A stretch of 64,000 nt of DNA from the human T2T-CHM13v2.0 reference genome, Homo sapiens: the NCBI RefSeq assembly GCF_009914755.1, contig NC_060933.1; one strand, 5' to 3'. The notes beneath the pieces are model-generated. The model was given only the letters and a program-made list of their open reading frames with translations. It had not been told where the DNA came from and ran no database searches. Position 1 is the stretch's first letter. Each line of letters opens with the position of its first letter. The position numbers were made by a program, and so were the translations under genes. Positions 41,301 through 57,400 of the stretch are shown here, piece after piece.

Positions 41301-44300
41301 AATGGAATCATCCGGAATGGAATGGAATGAAATGGAATGCAAAGCAATGGAATCAACTCCATTGCAATGGAATGGAATGGAATGGAAAGGAATACATTGG
41401 AATCAACCCGAGTGGAATGGAATGGAAAGGACTGGAATGGAGTGGAATGGAATGGAATGGAATGGAATGGAATCAACTCGATTGGAATGGAATGGAATGG
41501 AATGGAATGGAATGGAATTAACCCGAATAGAATGGAATGGAATGGAATGGAACGGAACGGAACGGAACGGAATGAAATGGAATGGAATGGAATGGAATGG
41601 AATGGTATCAACCCGACTGCAGGGGAATGGAATGGAATGGAAAGCAATGGAATGGATTCAACTTGAATGGAATGGAAAGAATGGAATCAACACGAGTGGA
41701 ATGGCATGGATTGGAATGGAATGGAATGGAATCAACCCGAGTACAGGGGAAAGGAATGGAATGGAATGCAAAGGAATGGAATCATCCGTAATGGAATGGA
41801 AAGGAATGGAATGGAATGGAATGGAATGGAATGGAATGGAGTGGAATCAACTCGATTGCAATCGAATGGAATGGAATGGAATTAACCCGAATAGAATGGA
41901 ATGGAATGGAATGGAACGGAACGGAACGGAATGGAATGGAATGGAATGGAATGGAAAGGAATGGAATGGAATGGAAAGGAACGGAATGGAATGGAATGGA
42001 ATGGAATGGAATGGAATGGAATGGAATCAACGCGAGTGCAGGGGAATGGAATAGAATGGAATGCAATGGAATGGAATCTTCCGGAATGCAATGGAATGGA
42101 ATGGAATGGAATGGAATGGAATGGAATTGAATGGAATAAACCCGAGTGCAATGGAATGGAGTGGAATGGAATGGAATGGAATGGAACAACCCGAATGGAA
42201 TGGAATTTAATGGAGAGTAAGGGAGTTGAATAGAATCAATCCGAATGTAATGGAATGGAATGGAACGGAATGGAATTGAATGGAATGGAATGGAATGCAA
42301 TGGAATGGAATCAACCCGAGTGCAATGGAATGGAGAGGAATAGAATGGAATGGAAACTACCCGAATGGAATGGAATGCAATGGAGTGTAAGGGAATTGAA
42401 TAGAATCAATCCGAATGTAATGGAATGGAATGGAACGGAATGGAATGGAATGGAATGGAATGGAATGGAATGGAATGGAATGCAATGGAATGGAATCAAC
42501 CGGAGTGCAATCGAATGGAATCGAATGGAATGGAATGCAATGGAATGGATTCAACTTGAATGGAATGGAAAGAATGGAATCAACACGAGTGGAATGGCAT
42601 GGATTGGAATGGAATGGAATGGAATCAACCGGAGTACAGGGGAATGGAATGGAATGGAATGCAATGGAATGGAATCATCCGTAATGGAATGGAAAGGAAT
42701 GGAATGGAATGGAATGGAATGGAATGGAATGGAATGGAATGGAATCAACTCGATTGCAATCGAATGGAATGGAATGGAATTTACCCGAATAGAATGGAAT
42801 GGAATGGAATGGAACGGAACGGAATGGAATGGAATGGAATGGAATGGAACGGAACGGAACGGAACGGAACGGAATGGAATGGAATGGAATGGAATGGAAT
42901 CAACGCGAGTGCAGGGGAATGGAATGGAATGGAATGCAATGGATTGGAATCTTTCGGAATGGAATGGAATGGAATGGAATGGAATGAAATGCAATGGATT
43001 CAACTCGATTGAAATGGAATGGAATAGAATGGAATGGAATGGAATGGAATTAACCCGAATAGAATGGAATGGAATGCAATGGAGCGAAATGGAACGGAAT
43101 GGAATGGAATGGAATGGAATGCAATGGAATGGTATGGAATGGAATGGAATGGTACGGAATAGAATGGAATGGAAGGAATTGTAATGGAATGGAATTGAAT
43201 GGAATGGAATGGAATGGAATGGAATCAACGCGAGTGCAGGGGAATGTAATGGAACGGAATGCAATGGAATGGAATCATCCGGAATGGAATGGAATGGAAT
43301 GGAACGGAATGGAATGGAATGGAATCAATCCGAGTGCAATAGAATGGAGTGGAATGGAATGGAATGGAATGGAACAACCCGAATGGAATGGAATGTAATG
43401 GAGAGTAAGGGAGTTGAATAGAATCAATCCGAATGTAATGGAATGGAATGCAACGGAATGGAATGGAATGGAATGGAATGGAATGCAATGGAATTGAATC
43501 AACCCGAGTACAATGGAATGGAATGGAATGGAATGGAATGGAATGGAATGGAATGGAATGGAATGGAATGGAATGGAATGCCTTTAAACCGAATGGAATG
43601 GAAAGGAATGGAATCAACACGAGTGGAATGGAATGGAATGGAATGGAATGGAATGGAATGATACGGAATAGAATGGAATGCGACGAAATGGAATGGAATG
43701 GAATGGAATGCAATGGAATGGAATCGTTCCGAGTGGAATAGGAGGGAATGTATTCGAGTGGAATGGAAAGGAATGGAATCAACCAGAGTGGAATGGAAGC
43801 GAATGGAATGGAATGGAAACTAATAGAATGGAATCAACCCGAGTGGAATGGAATGGAAAGGACTGGAATGGAAAGGAATGGAATGGAATTGAATGGAATG
43901 GAATGGAATGGAATGGAATCAACGCGAGTGCAGGGGAATGGAATGGAATCGAATGGAATGGAATGGAATGGAATGGAATCAACCCGAGTGCAGGGGAATG
44001 TAATGGAACGGAATGCAATGGAATGGAATCATCCGGAATGGAATGGAATGGAATGGAATCAACCCGAGTGCAATGGAATGGAGTGGAATGGAATGGAATG
44101 GAATGGAACAACACGAATGTAATGGAATGTAATGGAGAGTAAGGGAGTTGAAAAGAATCAATCCGAATGTAATGGAATGGAATGGAACGGAATGGAATGG
44201 AATGGAATGGAATGGAATGGAATGAAATGGAATCAACCCGAGTACAATGGAACGGAATGGAATGGAATGTAATGTAATGGAATGGAATGGAATGGAATGG

Positions 44301-45209
44301 AATCAACCCGAGTTCAATGGAATGGAGAGCAATGGAATGGAATGGAATGGAAACTACTCGAATGGAATGAAATGGAATATATTGGAGTGTAAGGGAATTG
44401 AATAGAATCAATCCGAACGGAATGGAATGGAATGGAATGGAATGCAATGGAATGGAATCAATCCGAGTGCAATCGAATGGAATCGAATGGAATGGAATGC
44501 AATGGAATGGATTCAACTTCAATGGAATGCAAAGAATGGAATCAACACGAGTGGAATGGCATGGATTGGAATAGAATGGAATGCAATCAAGCCGAGTACA
44601 GTGGAATGGAATGGAATGGAATGCAATGGAAAGGAATCATCCGTAATGGAATGGAAAGGAATGGAATGGAATGGAATGCAATGGAATGGAATCAACTCGA
44701 TTGCAATCGAATGGAATGGAATGGAATTAACCCGAATAGAGAGGAATGGAATGGAATGGAACGGAACGGAATGGAATGGAATGGAATGGAATGGAATGGA
44801 ATTGAATCAACCCGACTGCAGGTGAATGGAATGGAATGGAATGCAATGGAATGGATTCAACTTGAATGGAATGGAAAGAATGGAATCAACACGAGTGGAA
44901 TGGCATGGATTGGAATGGAATGGAATGGATCAACCCGAGTACAGGGGAATGGAATGGAATGAAATGCAATGGAATGGAATCATCCGTAATGGAATGGAAA
45001 GGAATGGAATGGAATGGAATGGAATGGAATGGAATGGAATCAACTCGAATGCAATCGAATGGAATGGAATGGAATTAACCCGAATAGAATGGAATGGAAT
45101 GGAATGGAACGGAACGGAACGGAATGGAATGGAATGGAATGGAATGGAATGGAACGGAAAGGATTGGAATGGAATGGAATGGAATGGAATGGATTGGAAT
45201 GGAATGGAA

Positions 45210-47330
45210 TGGAATGGAACAACCCGAATGGATTGGAATGTAATGGAGAGTAAGGGAGTTCAATAGAATCAATCCGAATGTAATGGAATGGAATGCAACG
45301 GATTGGAATGGAATGGAATGGGATGGAATGCAATGGAATGGAATCAACCCGAGTACAATGGAATGGAATGGAATGGAATGGAATGGAATGGAATGGAATG
45401 CCTTCAAACCGAATGGAATGGAAAGGAATGGAATCAACACGAGTGGAATGGAATGGAATGGAATGGAATGGAATGGAATGGAATGGAATGGAATGATACG
45501 GAATAGAATGTAATGGAACGAAATGGAATGGAATGGAATGGAATGGAATGGAATGGAATGGAATGGAATGGAATGGAATCGTTCCGAGTGGAATAGGAGG
45601 GAATGTATTCGAGTTGAATGGAAAGGAATGGAATCAACCAGAGTGGAATGGAAGGGAACGGAATGGAATGGAAACTAATAGAATGGAATCAACCCGAGTG
45701 GAATGGAATGGAAAGGACTGGAATGGAATGGAATGGAATGGAATGGAATCAACTCGATTGTAATGGAATGGAATGGAATGGAATGGAATGGAATGGAATG
45801 GAATTAACCCGAATACAATGGAATGGAATGGAATGCAACGGAATGGAGTGGAATGGAATGGAATCAACCCGAGTGCAGGGGAATGCAATGGAATGGAATG
45901 CAATGGAATGGAGTCATCCGGAATGGAATGGAATGGAATGGAATGCAAAGCAATGGAATCAACTCGATTGCAATGGAATGGAATGGAATGGAAAGGAATA
46001 CATTGGAATCAACCCGAGTGGAATGGAATGGAAAGGACTGGAATGGAGTGGAATGGAATGGAATGGAATGGAATGGAATCAACTCGATTGGAATGGAATG
46101 GAATGGAATGGAATGGAATGGAATGGAATGGAATGGAATTAACCCGAATAGAATGGAATGGAATGGAGTGGAACGGAACGGAACGGAATGGAATTGAATG
46201 GAATGGAATGGAATGGAATGGAATGGAATGGAATCAACCAGACTGCAGGGGAATGGAATGGAATGGAATGCAATGGAATGGATTCAACTTGAATGGAATG
46301 GAAAGAATGGAATCAACACGAGTGGAATGGCATGGATTGGAATGGAATGGAATGGAGTCAACCCGAGTACAGGGGAATGGAATGGAATGGAATGCAATGG
46401 AATGGAATCATCCGTAATGGAATGGAAAGGAATGGAATGGAATGGAATGGAATGGAATGGAATAGAATCAACTCGATTGCAATCGAATGGAATGGAATGG
46501 AATTAACCCAAATAGAATGGAATGGAATGGAATGGAACGGAACGGAACGGAAAGGAATGGAATGGAATGGAATGGAACGGAAAGGAAAGGAATGGAATGG
46601 AATAGAATGGAATGGAATGGAATCAACGCGAGTGCAGGGGAATGGAATGGAATGGAATGCAATGGAATGGAATCTTCCGGAATGGAATGGAATGGAATGG
46701 AATGGAATGGAATCAACCCGAGTGCAGTGGAATGGAGTGGAATGGAATGGAATGGAATGGAACAACCCGAATGGAACGGAATGTAATGGAGAGTAAGGGA
46801 GTTGAATAGAATCAATCCGAATGTAATGGAATGGAATGGAACGGAATGGAATTGAATGGAATGGAATGGAATGCAATGGAATGGAATCAACCCGAGAGCA
46901 ATGGAATGGAGAGGAATGGAATGGAATGGAATGGAAACTACCCGAATGGAATGGAATGTAATGGAGTGTAAGGGAATTGAATAGAATCAATCCGAATGTA
47001 ATGGAATGGAATGGAACGGACTGGAATGGAATGGAATGGAATGGAATGGAATGGAATGGAATGGAATGCAATGTAATGGAATCAACCCGAGTGCAATTGA
47101 ATGGAATCGAATGGAATGGAATGCAATGGAATGGATTCAACTTGAATGGAATGGAAAGAATGGAATCAACACGAGTGGAATGGCATGGATTGGAATGGAA
47201 TGGAATGGAATGAACCCGAGTACAGGGGAATGGAATGGATTGGAATGCAATGGAATGGAATCATCCGTAATGGAATGGAAAGGAATGGAATAGAATGGAA
47301 TGGAATGGAATGGAATCAACTCGATTGCAA
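45210..47330 (+). repeat. Dispersed ~2.1-kb duplication, copy 2
   Basis: The offset from copy 1 is 8770-8780 at first (36513/45283, 36800/45580) and then ~9010 (36854/45864), so this copy is about 230-240 bp longer. Confidence 0.87.
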
Positions 47331-50300
47331 TCGAATGGAATGGAATGGAATTAACCCGCATAGAATGGAATGGAATGGAATGGAACTTAACGGAACGGAA
47401 TGAAATGGAATGGAATGGAACGGAACGGAACGGAATGGAATGGAATGGAATGGAATGGAATGGAATGGAATGGAATCAACGCGAGTGCAGGGGAATGGAA
47501 TGGAATGGAATGCAATGGAATGGAATCTTCCGGAATGGAATGGAATGGAATGGAATGGAATGGAATGGAATGAAATTCAATGGATTCAACTCGATTGCAA
47601 TGGAATGGAATAGAATGGAATGGAATGGAATGGAATGGAATGGAATGGAATTAACCCAAATAGAATGGAATGGAATGGAATGGAACGGAATGGAACGGAA
47701 TGGAATGGAATGGAATGGAATGGAATGGTATGGAATGGATTGGAATGGTACGGAATAGAATGGAATGGAACGAATTGTAATGGAATGGAATGGAATGGAA
47801 TGGAATGGAATCAACGCCAGTGCAGGGGAATGGAATGGAATGGAATGCAATGGAATGGAATCTTCCGGAATGGAATGGAATGGAATGGAATGGAATGGAA
47901 TGGAATGGAATGGAATCAACCCGAGTGCAATGGAATGGAGTGGAATGGAATGGAATGTAATGGAACAACCCGAATGGAATGGAATGTAATGGAGAGTAAG
48001 GGAGTTGAATAGAATCAATCCGAATGTAATGGAATGGAATGGAACGGAATGGAATTGAATGGAATGGGATGGAATGCAATGGAATGGAATCAACCCGAGT
48101 GCAATGGAATGGAGAGGAATGGAATGGAATGGAATGGAAACTACCCGAATGGAATGGAATGTAATGGAGTGTAAGGGAATTGAATAGAATCAATCAGAAT
48201 GTAATGGAATGGAATGGAACGGAATGGAATGGAATGGAATGGAATGGAATGCAATGGTATGGAATCAACCCGAGTGCAATCCAATGGAATCGAATGGAAT
48301 GGAATGCAATGGAATGGATTCAACTTGAATGGAATGGAAAGAATGGAATCAACACGAGTGGAATGGCATGGATTGGAATGGAATGGAATGGAATCAACCC
48401 GAGTACAGGGGAATGGAATGGAATGGAATGCAATGGAATGGAATCATCCGTAATGGAATGGAAAGGAATGGAATGGAATGGAATCAACTCGATTGCAATC
48501 GAATGGAATGGAATGGAATTAACCCGAATAGAATGGAATGGAATGGAATGGGACGGAACGGAACGGAATGGAATGGAATGGAAGGGAATGGAATGGAACG
48601 GAAAGGAATGGAATGGAATGGAATGGAATGGAATGGAATGGAATGGAATCAACGCGAGTGCAGGGGAATGGAATGGAATGGAATGCAAAGGAATGGAATC
48701 TTCCGGAATTGAATGGAATGGAATGCAATGGAATGAAATGCAATGGATTCAACTCGATTGCAATGGAATGGAATAGAATGGAATGGAATGGAATGGAATG
48801 GAATGGAATGGAATGGAATGGAATGGAATTAACCCGAATAGAATGGAATGGAATGGAATGGAACGGAATGGAACCGAATGGAATGGAATGGAATGGTATG
48901 GAATGGAATGGAATGGTACGGAATAGAATGGAATGGAACGAATTGTAATGGAATGGAATTGAATGGAATGGAATGGAATGGAATGGAATCAACGCAAGTG
49001 CAGGGGAATGTAATGGAACGGAATGCAATGGAATGGAATCATCCGGAATGGAATGGAATGGAATGGAATGCAATGGAATGGAATCAACCCGATTGCAATG
49101 GAATGGAGTGGAATGGAATGGAATGGAATGCAACAACCGGAATGGAATGGAATGTAATGGAGAGTAAGGGAGTTGAATAGAATCCATCCGAATGTAATGG
49201 AATGGAATGCAAAGGAATGGAATGGAATGGAATGGAATGGAATGGAATGGAATGGAATGCAATGGAATGGAATCAACCCGAGGACAATGGAATGGAATGG
49301 AATGGAATGGAATGGAATGGAATGGAATGGAATGGAATGCCTTCAAACCGAATGGAATGGAAAGGAAAGGAATCAACACGAGTGGAATGGAATGGAATGG
49401 AATGGAATGGAATGGAATGGAATGGAATGATACGGAATAGAATGGAATGCAACGAAATGGAATGGAATGGAATGGAATGGAATGGAATGGAATGGAATCG
49501 TTCCGAGTGGAATAGGAGGGAATGTATTCGAGTGGAATGGAAAGGAATGGAATCAACCATAGTGGAATGGAAGGGAATGGAATGGAATGGTAACTAATAG
49601 AATGGAATCAACCCGAGTGGAATGGAATGGAAAGGACTGGAATGGAATGGAATGGAATGGAATGGAATCAACTCGATTGTAATGGAATGGAATGGAATGG
49701 AATGGAATGGAATGGAATTAACCCGAATACAATGGAATGGAATGGAATGGAACGGAATGGAGTGGAATGGAATGGAATCAACCCGAGTGCAGGGGAATGG
49801 AATGGAATGGAATGCAATGGAATGGAATCATCCGGAATGGAATGGAATGGAATGGAATGCAAAGCAATGGAATCAACTCGATTGCAATGGAATGTAATGG
49901 AATGGAAAGGAATACATTGGAATCAACCCGAGTGGAATGGAATGGAAAGGACTGGAATGGAGTGGAATGGAATGGAATGGAATGGAATCAACTCGAATGG
50001 AATGGAATGGAATGGAATGGAATGGAATGGATTTAACCCGAATAGAATGGAATGGAATGGAATGGAAGGGAACGGAACGGAATGGAATGGAATGGAATGG
50101 AATGGAATGGAATGGAATGGAATCAACCCGACTGCAGGGGAATGGAATGGAATGGAATGCAATGGAATGCATTCAACTTGAATGGAATGGAAAGAATGGA
50201 ATCAACACGAGTGGAATGGCATGGATGGGAATGGAATGGAATGGAATCAACCCGAGTACAGGGGAATGGAATGGAATGGAATGCAATGGAATGGAATCAT

Positions 50301-51119
50301 CCGTAATGGAATGGAAAGGAATGGAATGGAATGGAATTAACCCGAATAGAATGGAATGGAACGGAATGGAACGGAATTGAATGGAATGGAATGGAATGGA
50401 ATGGAATGGAATGGAATGGAAAGGAACGGAAAGGAATGGAATGGAATGGAATGGAATGGAACGGAATGGAATGGAATGGAATCAACGCGAGTGCAGGGGA
50501 ATGGAATGGAATGGAATGCAATGGAATGGAATCTTCCGGAATAGAATGGAATGGAATGGAATGGAATGGAATGAAATGCAATGGATTCAACTCGATTGCA
50601 ATGGAATGTAATAGAATGGGATGGAATGGAATGGAATGGAATTAACCCGAATAGAATGGAATGGAATGGAATGGAACGGAATGGAACGGAATGGAATGGA
50701 ATGGAATGGAATGGAATGGAATGGAATGGTATGGAATGGAATGGAATGGTACGGAATAGAATGGAATGGAACGAATTGTAATGGAATGGAATTGAATGGA
50801 ATGGAATGGAATGGAAAGGAAGGGAATCAACGCGAGTGCAGGGGAATGTAATGGAACGGAATTCAATGGAATGGAATCATCTGGAATGGAATGGAATGGA
50901 ATAGAATGGAATGGAATGGAATGGAATGGAATGGAATCAACCCGAGAGCAATGGAATGGAGTGGAATGGAATGGAATGGAATGGAACAACCCGAATGGAA
51001 TGGAATGGAATGGAGAGTAAGGGAGTTGAATAGAATCAATCCGAATGTAATGGAATGGAATGCAACGGAATGGAATGGAATGGAATGCAATGGAATGGAA
51101 TGGAATGGAATGCAAAGGA

Positions 51120-51410
51120 ATGGAATCAACCCGAGTGGAATGGCATGGAATGGAATGCAATGGATTGGAATGGAACGGAATCAACTCGAGTGGAAAGGAA
51201 TGGAATGGAATGGAAAGGAATGGAATGAAGTCAACTCGAGTGGAATGGAATGGAATGGAATGGATTGCAATGGATTACAATGGAATGAAATGGAATGGAA
51301 TGGAATAGAATCAATCATTCCGAGTGGAATGGAAGAGAATGTAATGGAGTGGAAAGAAGGGAATGGAATCAACCCGAGTGGAATGCAAGGCAATGGAATG
51401 GAATGGAAAG
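51120..51410 (+). repeat. Atypical satellite III island with its own module set
   Basis: CAACTCGAGTGG occurs twice. Also GAAGTCAACTCG, GGATTGCAATGGATTACAAT, CAATCATTCCGAGTGG, GGAAGAGAATGTAATGGAGTGGAAAGAAGGG and GCAAGGCAAT. None of these belong to the window's usual cycle. Confidence 0.75.
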
Positions 51411-54400
51411 GAATGGAATGGAATCAACTCGATTGCAATGGAATGGAATGGAATGGAATGGAATGGAATGGAATTAACCGGAATAGAATGGAATGGAATG
51501 GAATGGAACGGAATGGAATGGAATGGAAGGGAATGGAATCAACACGAGTGCAGGGGAATGGAATGGAATGGAATGCAATGGAATGGAATCATCCGGAATG
51601 GAATGGAATGGAATGGAATCAACTCCATTGCAATGGAATGGAATGGAATGGAATGGAATAGAATGGAATGGAATTAACCCGAATAGAAGGGAATGCAATA
51701 GAATGGAATGCAACGGAACCGAATGGAGTGGAATGGAATGGAATGGAAACAACCCGAGTACAGGGGAATGGAATGCAATGGAATGGAGTCATCCGTAATG
51801 GAATGGAAAGGAATGGAATGGAAAGGAATGGAATGGAATGGAATGGAAAGGAATGGAATCAACTCGATGGCAATCGAATGGAATGGAATGGAATTAACCC
51901 GAATAGAATGGAATGGAATGGAATGGAACGGAACGGAATGGAATGGAATGGAATGGAATGGAATGGAACGAAAAGGAAGGGAATGGAATGGAATAGAAAG
52001 GAATAGAATGGAATCAACGCGAGTGCAGGGGAATGGAATGGAATGGAATGCAATGGAATGGAATCAACCCGACTGCAATCGAATGGAATCGAATGGAATG
52101 GAATGCAATGGAATGGATTCAACTATGATGGAATGGAAAGAATGGAATCAACACGAGTGGAAGGGCATGGATTGGAGTGGAAGGGCATGGATTTGAATAG
52201 AATGGAATGGAATCAACCCGAGTACAGGGGAATGGAATGGAATGGAATGCAATGGAATGGAATCATCCGTAATGGAATGGAAAGGAATGGAATGGAATGG
52301 AATGGAATGGAATGGAATGGAATGGAATCAACTCGATTGCAATCGAATGGAATGGAATGGAATTAACCCGAATAGAATGGAATGGAATGGAATGGAACGG
52401 AACGGAATGGAATGGAATGGAATGGAATGGAATGGAATGGAACGGAAAGGAAGGGAATGGAATGGAATAGAATGGAATAGAATGGAATCAACGCGAGTGC
52501 AGGGGAATGGAATGGAATGGAATGCAATGGAATGGAATATTCCGGAATGGAATGGAATGGAATGGAATGGAATCAACCCGAGTGCAATGTAATGGAGTGG
52601 AATGGAATGGAATGGAATGGAACAACCCGAATGGAATGGAATGGAATGGAGAGTAAGGGAGTTGAATAGAATCAATCCGAATGTAATGGAATGGAATGGA
52701 ACGGAATAGAATGGAATGGAATGGAATGGAATGCAATGGAATGGAATCAACCCGAGTGCAATGAAATGGAGAGGAATGGAATGGAATGGAATGGAAACTA
52801 CCCGAATGGAATGGAATGTAATGGAGTGTAAGGGAATTGAATAGGATCAATCCGAATGCAATGGAATGGAATGGAATGGAAAGGAATGGAATGGAATGGA
52901 ATGTTATGGAACGCAATCAACCCGAGTGCAATCGAATGGAATCGAATGGAATGGAATGCAATGGAATGGAATCAACTTGAATGGAATGGAAAGAATGGAA
53001 ACAACACGAGTGGAATGGCATGGATTGGAATGGAATGGAATGGAATCAACCCGAGTACAGGGGAATGGAATGGAATGGAATGCAATGGAATGGAATCATC
53101 CGTAATGGAATGGAAAGGAATGGAATGGAATGGAATGGAATGGAATGGAATGGAATGGAATGGAATGGAATCAACTCGATTGCAATCGAATGGAATGAAA
53201 TGGAATTAACCCGAATAGAATGGAATGGAATGGAATGGAACGGAATGGAACGGAACGGAACGGAACGGAGTGGAATGGAATGGAATGGTGTTGTATGGAA
53301 TGGAATGGCATGGTACGGAATAGAATGGAATGGAAAGAATTGGAATGGAATGGAATCGAATGGAATGGAATGGAATGGAATGGAATCAACCCGAGTGCAG
53401 GGGAATGTAATGGAATGGAATGCAATGGAATGGAATCATCCGGAATGGAATGGAATGGAATGGAATGGAATGGAATGGAATGGAATCAACCCGAGTGCAA
53501 TGGAATGGAGTGGAATGGAATGGAATGGAATGGAACAACCCGAATGGAATGGAATGTAATGGAGAGTTAGGGAGTTGAATAGAATCAATCCGAATGTAAT
53601 GGAATGGAACGGAATGGAATGGAATGGAATGGAATGGAATGGAATGGAATGGAATGCAATGAAATGGAATCAACCCGAGTACAATGGAACGGAATGGAAT
53701 GGAATGGAATGGAATGATACGGAATAGAATGGAATGGAACGAAATGGAATGGAGTGGAATGGAATGGAATGGAATGGAATGGAATGGAATCGTTCCGAGT
53801 GGAATAGGAGAGAATGTATTCGAGTGGAATGGAAAGGAATGGAATCAACCAGAGTGGAATGGAAGGGAATGGAATGGAATGGAAACTAATAGAATGGAAT
53901 CAACCCGAGTGGAATGGAATGGAAAGGACTGGAATGGAATGGAATGGAATGGAATGGAATGGAATGGAATCAACCCGAGTGCAGTGGAATGGTGTGGAAT
54001 GGAATGGAATGGAATGGAACACCCCGAATGGAATGGAATGTAATGGAGAGTAAGGGAGTTGAATAGAATCAATCCGAATGTAATGGAAAGGAACGGAATG
54101 GAATGGAATGGAATGGAATGGAATGCAATGGAATGGAATAAACCCGAGTGCAATCGAATGGAATCGAATTGAATGGAATGCAATGCAATGGATTCAACTT
54201 GAATGGAATGGAAAGAATGGAATCAACACGAGTGGAATGGCATGGATTGGAATGGAATGGAATCGAATCAACCCGAGTACAGGGGAATGGAATGGAATGG
54301 AATGCAATGGAATGGAATCATCCGTAATGGAATGGAAAGGAATGGAATGGAATGGAATGGAATGGAATGGAATGGAATGGAATCAACTGGTTTGCAATCG

Positions 54401-57400
54401 AATGGAATGGAATGGAATTAACCCGAATGGAATGGAATGGAATAGAATGGAAGGGAACGGAATGGAATGGAATGGAATGGAATGGAATGGAACGGAACGG
54501 AATGGAATGGAATGGTATGGAATGGAATCAACGCGAGTGCAGGGGAATGGAATGGAAAGGAATGCAATGGAATGGAATCTTCCGGAATGGAATGGAATGG
54601 AATGGAATGGAATGGAATGGAATGGAATGGAATGAAATGCAATGGATTCAACTCGATTGCAATGGAATGAAATAGAATGTAATGGAATGGAATGGAATGG
54701 AATTAATCCGAATAGAATGGAATGGAATGGAATGGAACGGAATGGAACGGAATGGAATGGAATGGAATGGAATGGAATGGTATGGAATGGAATGGAATGG
54801 TACAGAATAGAATGGAATGGAACGAATTGTAATGGAATGGAATTGAATGGAATGGAATGGAATGGAATGGAATCAACGCGAGTGCAGGGGAATGTAATGG
54901 AACGGAATGCAATGGAATGGAATCATCCGGAATGGAAAGGAATGGAATGGAATCAACCCGAGTGCAATGGAATGGAGTGGAATGGAATGGAACAACCCGA
55001 ATGGAATGTAATGTAATGGAGAGTAAGGGAGTTGAATAGAATCAATCCGAATGTAATGGAATGGAATGCAACGGAATGGAATGGAATGGAATGGAATGGA
55101 ATGCAATGGAATGGAATGGAATGATACGGAATAGAATGGAATGGAACGAAATGGAATGGAATGGAATGGAATGGAATGGAATGGAATGGAATGGAATCGT
55201 TCCGAGTGGAATAGGAGGGAATGTATTCGAGTGGAATTTAAAGGAATGGAATCAACCAGAGTGGAATGGAAGGGAATGGAATGGAATGGAAACTAATAGA
55301 ATGGAATCAACCCGAGTGGAATGGAATGGAAAGGACTGGAATGCAATGGAATTGAATGGAATCAACTCGATTGTAATGGAATGGAATGGAATGGAATAGA
55401 ATGGAATGGAATTAACCCGAATACAATGGAATGGAATGGAATGGAATGGAATGGAGTGGAAAGGAATGGAATCAACCCGAGTGCAGGGGAATGGAATGGA
55501 ATGGAATGCAATGGAATGGAATCATCCGGAATGGAATGGAATGGAATGGAATGCAAAGCAATGGAATCAACTCGATTGCAATGGAAAGGAATGGAATGGA
55601 AAGGAATACATTGGAATAAACCCGAGTGGAATGGAATGGAAAGGACTGGAATGGAGTGGAATGGAATGGAATGGAATTGAATGGAATGCAATGGAATGGA
55701 ATCAACTTGATTGGAATGGAATGAAATGGAATGGAATGGAATGGAATGGAATGGAATCAACCCGACTGCAGGGGAATGGAATGGAATGGAATGCAACGGA
55801 ATGGATTCAACTTGAATGGAATGGAAAGAATGGAATCAACACGAGTGGAATGGCATGGATTGGAATGGAATGGAATGGAATCAACCCGAGTACAGGGGAA
55901 TGGAATGGAATGGAATGCAATGGAATGGAATCATCCGTAATGGAATGGAATGGAATGGAATGGAATGGAATCAACTCGATTGCAATCGAATGGAATGGAA
56001 TGGAAATAACCCGAATAGAATGGAATGGAATGGAATGGAACGGAACGGAATGGAATGGAATGCAATGGAATGGAATGGAATGGAACGGAATGGAATGGAA
56101 TGGAATGGAATGGAATCAACGCGAGTGCAGGGGAATGGAATGGAATGGAATGCAATGGAATGGAAACTTCCGGAATGTAATGGAATGGAATGGAATGGAA
56201 TGAAATGCAATGGATTCAACTCGATTGCAATGGAATGGAATAGAATGGAATGGAATGGAATGGAATGGAATTAATCTGAATAGAATGGAATGGAATGGAA
56301 TGGAACGGAATGGAAAAGAATGGAATGGAATGGAATGGAATGGAATGGAATGGTATGGTATGGAATGGAATGGTACGGAATAGAATGGAATGGAACGAAT
56401 TGTAATGGAATGGAATTGAATGGAATGGAATGGAATCAACGCGAGTGCAGGGGAATGTAATGGAAAGGAATGCAATGGAATGGAATCATCCGGAATGGAA
56501 TGGAATGGAATTGAATGGAATGGAATCAACCCGAGTGCAATGGAATGGAGTGGAATGGAATGGAATGGAATGGAATAACCCGAATGGAATGTAATGTAAT
56601 GGAGAATAAGGGAGTTGAATAGAATCAATCCGAATGGAAAGGAATGGAATGGAATGGAATGCAATGGAATGGAATCAACCCGAGTACAATGGAATGGAAT
56701 GGAATGGAATGGAATGGAATGGAATGGAATGGAATGGAATGATACGGAATAGAATGGAATGGAACGAAAAGGAATGGAATGGAATGGAATGGAATGGAAT
56801 GGAATGGAATGGAATGGAATCGTTCCGAGTGGAATAGGAGGGAATGTATTCGAGTGGAATGGAAAGGAATGGAATCAACCAGAGTGGAATGGAAGGGAAT
56901 GGATTGGAATGGAATCTAATAGAATGGAATCAACCAGAGAGGAATGGAATGGAAAGGACTGGAATGCAATGGAATGGAATGGAATCAACTCGATTGTAAT
57001 TGAATGGAATGGAATGGAATGGAATGGAATTAACCCGAATACAATGGAATGGAATGGAATGGAATGGAACGGAATGGAGTGGAATGGAATGGAATCAACC
57101 CGAATGCAGGGGAATGGAATGGAATGGAATGCAATGGAATGGAATCATCCGGAATGTAATGGAATGGAATGGAATGCAAAGCAATGGAATCAACTCGATT
57201 GCAATGGAATGGAATGGAATGGAAAGGAATACATTGGAATCAACCCGAGTGCAATGGAATGGAAAGGACTGGAATGCAGTGGAATGGAATGGAATGGAAT
57301 GGAATGGAATGGAATGGAATCAACTTGATTGGAATGGAATGGAATGGAATGGAATGGAATGGAATTAACCCGAATAGAAAGGAATGGAATGGAATGGAAC

